This document shows, one piece after another, positions 1 through 6,905 of a DNA stretch of 41,076 nucleotides; within the stretch, counting starts at the first letter, position 1, and each line of letters opens with the position of its first letter. The DNA lies in IMG/VR virus record IMGVR_UViG_3300049329_000004, positions 1 through 41,076 of that record; one strand, 5' to 3'. The notes beneath the pieces are model-generated. The model was given only the letters and a program-made list of their open reading frames with translations, was not told the DNA's origin and made no database searches. Position numbers and translations under genes: made by a program. The stretch is from a virus (taxonomy: Duplodnaviria; Caudoviricetes).

Positions 1-2
1 TA

Positions 3-176
3 AAACTTTCCGAAGCCGAGTTATCTTTGCGGGCATGCGGCAGTATTGCTGCCCTTCAAGAAGCGTGGCTAAGGCTTAATCAAGAGCAGCGCCGCGCATT
101 GGCGGATGTAAAAGAAGAATGCAAACAAGACATATTAGACGCCGATGCAGCTACAGAAAAACGCGTCGTGGCATGA
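3..176 (+). CDS. Probable C-terminal part of the ERF single-strand annealing protein (continuation of the ORF at 40666)
   Basis: Frame 3 is open from the edge (KLSEAELSLRACGSIAALQEAWLRLNQEQRRALADVKEECKQ...) to TGA 174-176, overlapping the exonuclease start. Confidence 0.65.
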   Translation, partial: KLSEAELSLRACGSIAALQEAWLRLNQEQRRALADVKEECKQDILDADAATEKRVVA

Positions 177-729
177 GGCGAGGCAAGGGCGCTTAACCGC
201 TTCTAACTTTGCTGCCGCTGCCGGAATATGCCCTTATAAATCCAGGCAAAAGCTATGGCGAGAATTAAACGGCTTAGACGAACCATTTACCGGCAACGCT
301 GCAACCGACTGGGGAGAATGTCATGAGAAAGACGCAATAAATGAGTATGAGTGTGTTACAGGCAATATTGTTTTACCTGTTGGCTTTATTAGCCATTCTA
401 GCTTTGGCTGGCTTGGTTGTAGCCCTGACGGTTTGGTTTCTATTGATGGCGCGGTCGAGGCGAAATGCCCGATGGGAGAACGCCCTAATTCTGAAGTACC
501 CAATCATTATCAAGCACAAATCCAAGGTCAGCTCGAATGCACCAACCGAGACTGGTGCGATTTCGTCTCCTGGACAGAAGCAGAAACCGTCATCATCAGA
601 GTCAAAAGAGACCAAGCATATTTTGGATGGCTTCTAAATTTGCTACAAGAGTTTTGGTTTGATTACGTTTTAAAAGATATCCCACCACCACGACTAGGAA
701 GGAAACCTAAGTATGTACCAGCAAAATAA
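145..729 (+). CDS. YqaJ/lambda-exonuclease family recombination exonuclease
   Basis: W..AR...LTAS, G...E..A, GCSPDGL, EAKCP and Y.AQIQGQL motifs. Confidence 0.93.
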   Translation: MQLQKNASWHEARQGRLTASNFAAAAGICPYKSRQKLWRELNGLDEPFTGNAATDWGECHEKDAINEYECVTGNIVLPVGFISHSSFGWLGCSPDGLVSIDGAVEAKCPMGERPNSEVPNHYQAQIQGQLECTNRDWCDFVSWTEAETVIIRVKRDQAYFGWLLNLLQEFWFDYVLKDIPPPRLGRKPKYVPAK

Positions 730-946
730 TAATAGCGGCGCCTTGTTTAAAAATGAGCGAAAGACAACCGACAAGCATCCTAATGCAACCGGCACTGCCT
801 TAATTGACGGGGTTGAATATTATCTCAGTGCGTGGACTAAAGAGAGCGCCAAGGGTAAATGGCAGTCATTAAGCTTTAAGCGCAAAGATGATCAAACGCC
901 CACAGAGAATGACTTGGTTAACAACGCAAAAGATATTCCTTTCTGA
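713..946 (+). CDS. Small phage ssDNA-binding protein (DUF736-like OB fold)
   Basis: GALFKN..K...HP..TG...IDG.EY.LSAW pattern, C-terminal DIPF tail, position after ERF/exonuclease. Confidence 0.8.
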   Translation: MYQQNNNSGALFKNERKTTDKHPNATGTALIDGVEYYLSAWTKESAKGKWQSLSFKRKDDQTPTENDLVNNAKDIPF

Positions 947-1206
947 TGAGCGACTTCGAGGTCACCCCACTAGGCAGAATCCAGCGTTTACTCTCAGAAA
1001 ACGAGGCGCTGCAACAAAAATGCATTCTGTACGCGGCAGCGCTGGATAAAAGCGATAAAAAGCTTGTGTTCTTTGAGAACACCCTACGTCGTGCGCAGGA
1101 CATCTTAACCGAATACCTATCCAATCAAGCTCTCAGCAAAGCGTTAGCACTTAGCCAATTAGCTGCCGTGTTGGACAACAAAGAATTAGCGGAGAAAATG
1201 AAATGA
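946..1206 (+). CDS. Hypothetical coiled-coil protein
   Basis: Overlap-coupled ORF in the early-left operon. Confidence 0.7.
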   Translation: MSDFEVTPLGRIQRLLSENEALQQKCILYAAALDKSDKKLVFFENTLRRAQDILTEYLSNQALSKALALSQLAAVLDNKELAEKMK

Positions 1207-1610
1207 ACTATACAACTAAAGAGCTAAAACAAATTCGTGACCGCGCGTTTAATGAAGGCATATTTATAGCTGGAGCCCTTATAGTTATCTCTATCTTTTT
1301 GATTAGCGTATATAACCAAGTTCATGCTGATTACTCCCGCTCTTGTGAAGTTAATGCGGAAGCGGATACAAGCACTCTCTTTGACGGTGGCGAAGTAAGC
1401 TTTGCGTCCTTTGTCGAAGGCATGGTGAATCGATCCGTCGATCAATGTATTGTAGACCTGCGAGAAGCCTGTGCAGGTATGGCAGGCAGTAGCACGGTTA
1501 CCGATAGCGATGTTATCTGCTGGACCGAGGGCACTACCTTTAAATGCTTTGGCAATCAGTCGATGTTTTGTGAAGAGCACGAGATTGATTGGTCGTTGGA
1601 GTGGGCGTGA
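1203..1610 (+). CDS. Membrane-anchored or exported Cys-rich hypothetical protein
   Basis: N-terminal hydrophobic segment then an acidic domain with 6 Cys; ATGA overlap. Confidence 0.65.
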   Translation: MNYTTKELKQIRDRAFNEGIFIAGALIVISIFLISVYNQVHADYSRSCEVNAEADTSTLFDGGEVSFASFVEGMVNRSVDQCIVDLREACAGMAGSSTVTDSDVICWTEGTTFKCFGNQSMFCEEHEIDWSLEWA

Positions 1611-1773
1611 GAATGGCTGAGGCTGAAAGATTAATTGTTATTCTTTGAATTTATAGATTTTTGAATCAAGCCTAACGTCTCAATAATTTTGCCTGTAGTT
1701 TCTCCTGCCCGATATAAGCTCAGAGAAACAAGATTGAAAATTATTAGGCTCATGTACCGATGCCGGGGGAGGG

Positions 1774-1896
1774 ATGATTAAAACGATTAAACATTACTGG
1801 CACAGTAAATACTTTTGGAATGGCGTTGGACAAGGCATAGCGTGGACAGCGCCTTTATGGGTAATCGCTTTCTTGATTGTTTATCTATGGAAATGA
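1774..1896 (+). CDS. Small membrane protein (40 aa, not in ORF track)
   Basis: GGGGAGGG before ATG; MIKTIKHYWHSKYFWNGVGQGIAWTAPLWVIAFLIVYLWK; ATGA overlap with next gene. Confidence 0.55.
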   Translation: MIKTIKHYWHSKYFWNGVGQGIAWTAPLWVIAFLIVYLWK

Positions 1897-2069
1897 CCGA
1901 CACCGAAATGCTGGATTGGTTGGAACAACACGCGGAGATATATTTACGTGGCGAGGCGTTGGAATTTCGCTTCGCCAAACTTATCTGGAAACGCCATTGG
2001 CGACATAAAAAACCAATCCGCGACGCCATCCGTGCTGCGGTAGCGGAGCAGAAGGAGGGGGCGGGATGA
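1893..2069 (+). CDS. Hypothetical phage protein
   Basis: D.EMLDWLE...IRDAIRAA pattern typical of small early phage proteins; start moved to ATG 1893 (ATGA coupling). Confidence 0.65.
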   Translation: MTDTEMLDWLEQHAEIYLRGEALEFRFAKLIWKRHWRHKKPIRDAIRAAVAEQKEGAG

Positions 2070-2317
2070 TTAACTACAAAAAGCTTAGCGAGGATATCCA
2101 CGATATCGTTGCACAACGGCTGCACTATTTTGAGAGGGTGAACGATCTTAATCTCAATATCGCTTCTGCGCAGGAAGTAATCAATTTAGCAGAAGGTGGT
2201 AGGAGCAGGTATCACACAGACTACCGCTTTAAACAGAGAGTTAGAACAATTGCTGCAGCGGTACTGCAGGCCGTACGTCAAAGCGAGCAATCACCGGAAC
2301 AGGTGAAAGATGATTGA
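2066..2317 (+). CDS. Hypothetical protein
   Basis: Coupled ORF with RBS. Confidence 0.6.
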   Translation: MINYKKLSEDIHDIVAQRLHYFERVNDLNLNIASAQEVINLAEGGRSRYHTDYRFKQRVRTIAAAVLQAVRQSEQSPEQVKDD

Positions 2318-2531
2318 AGGTACCGAGACACTTATTTGGGTAATATTCATTCGCATTACGCGCAAGATTGATAATGCTTTGAAAAGCATAACCCAAGAGA
2401 TAGTTGTGCCAGCCAATGATAGCCAAGAGGCAACAAAACTAGCGATTGAGACTGCTATGAACTGGCCAAATGTAATACACGCAGAAGTAGACCCAGAAGG
2501 AAAACGCAATAGCCTTTTTCCTTGGCCTTAG
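2310..2531 (+). CDS. Hypothetical protein
   Basis: Coupled ORF. Confidence 0.55.
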   Translation: MIEGTETLIWVIFIRITRKIDNALKSITQEIVVPANDSQEATKLAIETAMNWPNVIHAEVDPEGKRNSLFPWP

Positions 2532-2541
2532 CAGGCGAAAG

Positions 2542-2715
2542 ATGAACCAAGCGCCTAAGCTGTTAGATCCGATTCATATACAAATTAGTGATCGGAAATT
2601 CTCTTGCGGCAATATTCTTTTGCAACCGGGAGCGAAGGTAATCTTTAACTATAAAGATCAAGTCAAGATGATTACTTATATAGAGTTCCTGCAACGATTA
2701 GGGTTTGAGGTATGA
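2542..2715 (+). CDS. Hypothetical protein (57 aa, not in ORF track)
   Basis: MNQAPKLLDPIHIQ...QRLGFEV fills the gap; ATGA overlap with next gene. Confidence 0.55.
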   Translation: MNQAPKLLDPIHIQISDRKFSCGNILLQPGAKVIFNYKDQVKMITYIEFLQRLGFEV

Positions 2716-2894
2716 GTGAATTCTTCTGTAGGCCGGATATTGTTATTGCGCTAGCAATACTTTCTTTTTGTTTGGGATTTTTACTCTGCCACAAATTGCA
2801 AAATGGAATGATTCAGACAATGCGCGATTATATAAGTTGGCTTGAGCAAAGTAATACAGTTTTTGAGGGACAACATCTAAAGGTTGAGATATGA
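2712..2894 (+). CDS. Small single-TM protein
   Basis: Hydrophobic N-terminal segment; coupled on both sides. Confidence 0.6.
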   Translation: MSEFFCRPDIVIALAILSFCLGFLLCHKLQNGMIQTMRDYISWLEQSNTVFEGQHLKVEI

Positions 2895-3163
2895 GTGATA
2901 CGCCACGTGTTGATGAATTTTTGGATAAGTGGAGCAAAATCTTTCCATCATTGCCTCAAAAAGCTGACCTTTATACTGAAAAACCAGTTGCTTTTATAGA
3001 ACTGTATGGTCTAGCCCGCCAGCTTGAGCGTGAGCTGAATGAGGCGAGGAGAAAATATGACACCTGCAAAACAGTTCGGGATTTTGCCGCTCTTAAAGCA
3101 GGAATAAGTATTCAAGATATACGTGATTTAAGCAACGCGCTTGAGCACGAAACTAAACTATGA
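2891..3163 (+). CDS. Hypothetical phage protein
   Basis: MSDTPR...ARQLERELNEAR pattern common in phage early regions. Confidence 0.7.
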   Translation: MSDTPRVDEFLDKWSKIFPSLPQKADLYTEKPVAFIELYGLARQLERELNEARRKYDTCKTVRDFAALKAGISIQDIRDLSNALEHETKL

Positions 3164-3345
3164 CTAACACCACAGAATTAGCGCCGTGTCCGTTTTGTAA
3201 CAGTAATTCCCATATGGCTAAATCAGACTATACGGACTTTAGCTTTGCAGTTTGCAGTGTATGTGGTGCTTACGGGCCACCTGCTGCTACACCAGAAGAA
3301 GCCGCCGCCCTGTGGAATCGGAGGATAGATGAAACCATTTCGTAA
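3160..3345 (+). CDS. Lar-family restriction alleviation zinc-ribbon protein
   Basis: LAPCPFC...V.C..CGA.GP......A...WNRR signature. Confidence 0.85.
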   Translation: MTNTTELAPCPFCNSNSHMAKSDYTDFSFAVCSVCGAYGPPAATPEEAAALWNRRIDETIS

Positions 3346-3532
3346 AGAAGAAGAATTCTTCAAGGATTTTGGCGAGCTAAGGCCTGAATGTGCGCTCACG
3401 ATCAATAAAGGTACGGTAGCTGTATTTACCGTGGAAGAACTGTATCAAGCCGTCAAAGACAGGCTATTAGCCGAGGTGAAAGCAGAAGGCGCGTTGGCTG
3501 AATTGGAGTTGAGTAAGGAAATGAGTGAATAA
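3329..3532 (+). CDS. Hypothetical protein
   Basis: GGAGG RBS; overlapping ORF in operon. Confidence 0.6.
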   Translation: MKPFRKEEEFFKDFGELRPECALTINKGTVAVFTVEELYQAVKDRLLAEVKAEGALAELELSKEMSE

Positions 3533-3665
3533 GAAAATTTCTATTGCTGTTTTAGTTGCAGTGATCGTAATTTTTTTAGGCTGGTTAGCCTTTAAATGGT
3601 CTGATTGTGCAGATTTAGGCGGGCATTTCCTGCGAAGTGTTTTCTTCTTTGAATGTATTAGATGA
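3525..3665 (+). CDS. Small membrane protein (46 aa, not in ORF track)
   Basis: GTG start; TM segment followed by C...GG...C. Confidence 0.55.
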   Translation: MNKKISIAVLVAVIVIFLGWLAFKWSDCADLGGHFLRSVFFFECIR

Positions 3666-3886
3666 ACCAACGATTAACTATTAAACCAGGAAGCAAATGC
3701 GAATTTCCAGGCTAGAAAAAACGCTGAAATCCTAGCTGCTGACAGACAAGGGCCGGATCTGAGGACGGGCCATATGATGTTGAGGTAGGTCGATATTGCA
3801 AAGAACACGGCGAGGATACATCTAATTCAAATAGCCCAGAATATGTGGTGACATGCCCTAATTGTCGGTGCAGGTTTGGGATTTAG
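3662..3886 (+). pseudogene. Possible decayed zinc-binding protein gene
   Basis: ATGA-coupled start MNQRLTIKPGSKCEFPG, three in-frame stops in 3713-3742, then the same frame resumes ...RYCKEH...TCPNCRCRFGI. Confidence 0.35.
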
Positions 3887-3929
3887 TGATCTAAGTTATA
3901 AGGAAACTGCCCTTAGCAAATAGCGTGCT

Positions 3930-3957
3930 ATTGACCATAACGGGTCTTATGTTAAAT
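3930..3957 (+). other. dif-like XerC/XerD recombination site (ATTGACCATAA-CGGGTC-TTATGTTAAAT)
   Basis: Right arm identical to the E. coli dif XerD arm TTATGTTAAAT; left arm ends in CATAA like the XerC arm; 11-6-11 layout; intergenic. Confidence 0.88.
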
Positions 3958-4119
3958 ATAATCGACGTTTCTATAATCTTGTAGTAACAAGATCATTTGG
4001 AATTGAATACAATTTATACTGATTTGTAGGGTACAAATAAACTTTTTTATGGTGGGCGCTGGCGAACTATTATTGGGAACCCGGTATATAGATAATAGTT
4101 GCGGGGGTAAAGGCTAGAT

Positions 4120-4147
4120 AAAAGCCTAGTTGATCACTAGGTTTTTT
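4120..4147 (+). terminator. Intrinsic terminator ending the early-left transcript
   Basis: AAAAGCCTAGT-TGATC-ACTAGGTTTTTT hairpin with T tract. Confidence 0.7.
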
Positions 4148-4239
4148 AACCGGCGTCGTGTCTAGTCTCCTTAGAACGCGCGCGACTTGGCAGCACTATA
4201 TATATACGGAAATAAGCGTTAGCCTGCCACCTTATTATT

Positions 4240-4527
4240 ATGACCATCGACACTATCAGCCACGTTGTCCTAAAACAACTTGCCAAAGCTAATGCCGTCC
4301 ATTTTGCTGTCCTGGTCGGCCAGCCTGGCGGCTTTGCCTTGCGCGTGCGCTATAACCTGGAAGAAAAGGCTGTCGTTACGGCACGCGGTAAGCTGCGGGT
4401 CTTCAGTTCCTTAGATACCGCTTTTGGCTATCTGCACAAATTCAAGATTAGCCGCTTTGAGGTCAACAGCGCGAGCTATGAAGGCAAGCTCACAGAAGTA
4501 AAAGAACCTAAATGGATGAGCGAATAA
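4240..4527 (+). CDS. Small protein resembling plasmid ParC-type partition-associated proteins
   Basis: TI.H..L..L..A.AV....VGQPGG....V.Y...E......RG..R.F...T...YL...I.RF.V pattern recalled from plasmid proteins; not verified by search. Confidence 0.6.
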   Translation: MTIDTISHVVLKQLAKANAVHFAVLVGQPGGFALRVRYNLEEKAVVTARGKLRVFSSLDTAFGYLHKFKISRFEVNSASYEGKLTEVKEPKWMSE

Positions 4528-4529
4528 AT

Positions 4530-4700
4530 ATGGAAATTAAAAAGCTTATTGGATGCGCCATTGCCATGCTGCCGATAGTAATATGGCTTGGTTTTTTTGG
4601 TATTGTTTATGGTTGGACAAATGTTGCGATTGTTGTGTTAACTGCCTTAATTGGTTTAGCTATGGTGCTGATAGGCGTTCATATTGCGGTCAGCGAATAA
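4530..4700 (+). CDS. Small two-TM membrane protein
   Basis: Highly hydrophobic ORF directly after 4240-4527. Confidence 0.55.
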   Translation: MEIKKLIGCAIAMLPIVIWLGFFGIVYGWTNVAIVVLTALIGLAMVLIGVHIAVSE

Positions 4701-4705
4701 GGACG

Positions 4706-5059
4706 CTAGCTTATTACCTTTTTTATTTTTTGCTTTAGTTTCTTCACCTGCTTTTCCGGCTTATCCTCCACATCAATAAACTCGTTTCTGGCCTTCGAGG
4801 ATCTTATCAGTTCATCCAGCTTTAGATGAAATGCTCGGGAGTCTCGATTTTGCGTATTCTGAATAATAAACACCATCAGGAAAGTAATGATGGTCGTCGG
4901 CGTGTTGATATACAGCTGCCAAGTATCGCTGTAGTCGAATAAAGATCCTGTACAAGCCCAAACCACTATTATTAATAGTGCAATGCTGGTAGCCCACGGT
5001 GAACCGGCAGACGCGGATACTTTGCAGGCGAACTTAGTAAACCAATCGTTAAGCGCCAC
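4706..5059 (-). CDS. Low-affinity iron permease family protein (Fet4-like)
   Basis: SDTWQLYINT.TTIITFLMVFIIQNTQNRD..A.HLKLDELI signature. Confidence 0.9.
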   Translation of the reverse strand: MALNDWFTKFACKVSASAGSPWATSIALLIIVVWACTGSLFDYSDTWQLYINTPTTIITFLMVFIIQNTQNRDSRAFHLKLDELIRSSKARNEFIDVEDKPEKQVKKLKQKIKKVIS

Positions 5060-5291
5060 TTATCGGAGGCTCAATAATTTCTTTTGATTTAATGGCTTCT
5101 TCTAGCCTAGTTCTAGCTTGGTTATCCAGGTCTTCAATTTCTATCCATTCATCATCGGTAAAGTCCGGGCGGCCCGCATCTTTTGCCCGTTGAATAACTG
5201 AGCCCACTTGATCCATTCTTAAGGATAGCTCGGCAATGGCGGTAGTTAGATCCAGTAATATTTGAACCCCTTGTAATACGCTGGTACTCAT
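5049..5291 (-). CDS. Hypothetical protein of the lysis cassette
   Basis: Coupled to the lipoprotein gene. Confidence 0.7.
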   Translation of the reverse strand: MSTSVLQGVQILLDLTTAIAELSLRMDQVGSVIQRAKDAGRPDFTDDEWIEIEDLDNQARTRLEEAIKSKEIIEPPISGA

Positions 5292-5632
5292 TTAGTTGCC
5301 TCTTTCGATTTAAGATAATTTTCTAAGCCTCGCAGCTGGGTATTGGCAAGCTCCAGCCAGGTCGATGCATCATTAGGTTTATCTGCCCGCAACAGTGATT
5401 TAGCCGTGTCGAGATTGACTCGAATGCCATCGGATTGTGCTTGCACCTGTTTAGCATCGGCAGTAGATATGCGGCCACGCTCCAATAAAGATGCGGCGGT
5501 ATTGCGTGCTGCTGCGAGCGCACCATAGGAATAACCAAGCTTTTCCTGGAGCGTAGTCTGCTGCAATGTGACACAAGCGGATAGCAGCAGGACTAGGAAT
5601 AAAAAGTAGCGGTAATCTAGTAGCTGTCTCAT
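5288..5632 (-). CDS. Lipoprotein of the lysis cassette (possible spanin role)
   Basis: Signal peptide with LSAC lipobox; helical body. Confidence 0.7.
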   Translation of the reverse strand: MRQLLDYRYFLFLVLLLSACVTLQQTTLQEKLGYSYGALAAARNTAASLLERGRISTADAKQVQAQSDGIRVNLDTAKSLLRADKPNDASTWLELANTQLRGLENYLKSKEATK

Positions 5633-5949
5633 GCTTGCCCCAGCGTTTCTTTGAAGGTTTCAACTTCGGTCGCCGCTCTGGCTTTTTCTTCAGAGACCTT
5701 GCTGCGGCCTTCGATGTATTTGCCACTGACATAAGCAAAGCCAGCGAAGCTTGCAAAGAGAAATAGAAGTTGATTTAAGCCCTCGTTTAGTGCGCCAGCA
5801 GAATCGGCCTCTATAACGCCAAGCTGCACCAATCCTGTAATTACCGACAAGATAATTGGCGGAGCAGAATTAAGTAAAACAACCTTAAATGATGAGGTTT
5901 TTAGGCCCTCTTTTGGTATCACTGCGTTTGTTTCAGTTTTAGTAGTCAT
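5629..5949 (-). CDS. Putative holin (2 TM)
   Basis: Two hydrophobic segments and charged C-terminus; AAGGAGG RBS and ATGA coupling to endolysin put the start at 5949. Confidence 0.65.
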   Translation of the reverse strand: MTTKTETNAVIPKEGLKTSSFKVVLLNSAPPIILSVITGLVQLGVIEADSAGALNEGLNQLLFLFASFAGFAYVSGKYIEGRSKVSEEKARAATEVETFKETLGQA

Positions 5950-6455
5950 GCTGCCTCCTTGAGTTGGTAACACTTTTGCATGCGATTCATCCAGCCACAA
6001 ATAAAGGTTAATTGGCTGCGGTCGTTGTTGATAATCTCTCCATAGAACTGGTAACGCTCGATTAAATAACGATCAAACAAACATGGTGCGGCGCCTACTG
6101 CGGCAGCAGTACGATGCCCAAATATTCCGTCATCAGTCACGTTAGCAGCGCGCTGTAAAAGCTTAATCGCGGTAGCTGGTCCATGATTTACCGCGCTATC
6201 GAAATGGAGAATATCAAGCGGTATATGCAATAACTCGCAGCCAGCAGGTTTCCAGTAATCCTCGAAGTACAATTGTTTGCGTTCTGCTGCTGTGGATTTG
6301 GTAACCGCCTTCGCGGTATAGCCATGACGTCTGCGAAAAGAGTCATAAGCCTTTTGCGTCACGCCCGCCATAGTTACTCCGCCACCATCATTAGGGTTAT
6401 TACTAAATCCACCTTCTTCCCCTAGGACGAATTTGAGAGCAGCTTCAAAGTTCAT
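5946..6455 (-). CDS. Endolysin, glycoside hydrolase family 108
   Basis: EGGFSNNPNDGGGVTMAGVT, FDSAVNHG, LQRA..V.DDG.FG..T, F..GW.NR motifs. Confidence 0.92.
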   Translation of the reverse strand: MNFEAALKFVLGEEGGFSNNPNDGGGVTMAGVTQKAYDSFRRRHGYTAKAVTKSTAAERKQLYFEDYWKPAGCELLHIPLDILHFDSAVNHGPATAIKLLQRAANVTDDGIFGHRTAAAVGAAPCLFDRYLIERYQFYGEIINNDRSQLTFICGWMNRMQKCYQLKEAA

Positions 6456-6859
6456 CGCCGGATTAAATCGCGTTCTTCCATCCTACCAATCCTGCGAGTG
6501 TTTTCTTCCGCGCGCGAGATAATTGCGTCCTGGCGTGTCTCAATGACAGCGATGCGCCGCTTCATTTCCTGCGTTTCATTTAGGACTAACTGATTGGTGG
6601 TAACTTGAGATTTACTAAAATCAGCAAATGTTTCTAAGCGGTTATTAATCGAATCGAATTTGTTAGAAATATCGTTCCGATATTTAGATTCAGTCCAAAG
6701 CCCAACACCGATATTAATTAATATTCCTGCAATCACAGTGACCACCCAATAAAAGGGCACCGACATAACAACTTGGAACCTTTCCAGCATCGTTCTAGGC
6801 TGCCAGTCTGTTTGTTCATTCCGTCGGTCGGAGGCTCTTCTAGTTGGTTTTGGTGGCAT
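6452..6859 (-). CDS. Single-TM coiled-coil protein upstream of endolysin (holin/antiholin-like)
   Basis: One TM then coiled coil; first gene of lysis cassette. Confidence 0.6.
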   Translation of the reverse strand: MPPKPTRRASDRRNEQTDWQPRTMLERFQVVMSVPFYWVVTVIAGILINIGVGLWTESKYRNDISNKFDSINNRLETFADFSKSQVTTNQLVLNETQEMKRRIAVIETRQDAIISRAEENTRRIGRMEERDLIRR

Positions 6860-6880
6860 AAAAAAAGCCGCTTAGCGGCC
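6860..6880 (-). terminator. Intrinsic terminator after tailspike
   Basis: GCCGC-TAA-GCGGC-T7 on the - strand. Confidence 0.7.
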
Positions 6881-6905
6881 CTGTGTGATTAAAGAATGAA
6901 AAAAT

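Noticed and set aside
1611-1773. AT-rich gap in the early-left operon
   Set aside because: Only very short ORFs on either strand and no clear structure; cannot support a call
3525-3545. MNKKISI start shared with the gene at 32106
   Set aside because: DNA differs at synonymous sites and similarity ends after 7 aa; likely coincidence
4194-4209. CACTATATATATACGG as a LexA box
   Set aside because: Lacks the CTG and CAG ends at 16-bp spacing
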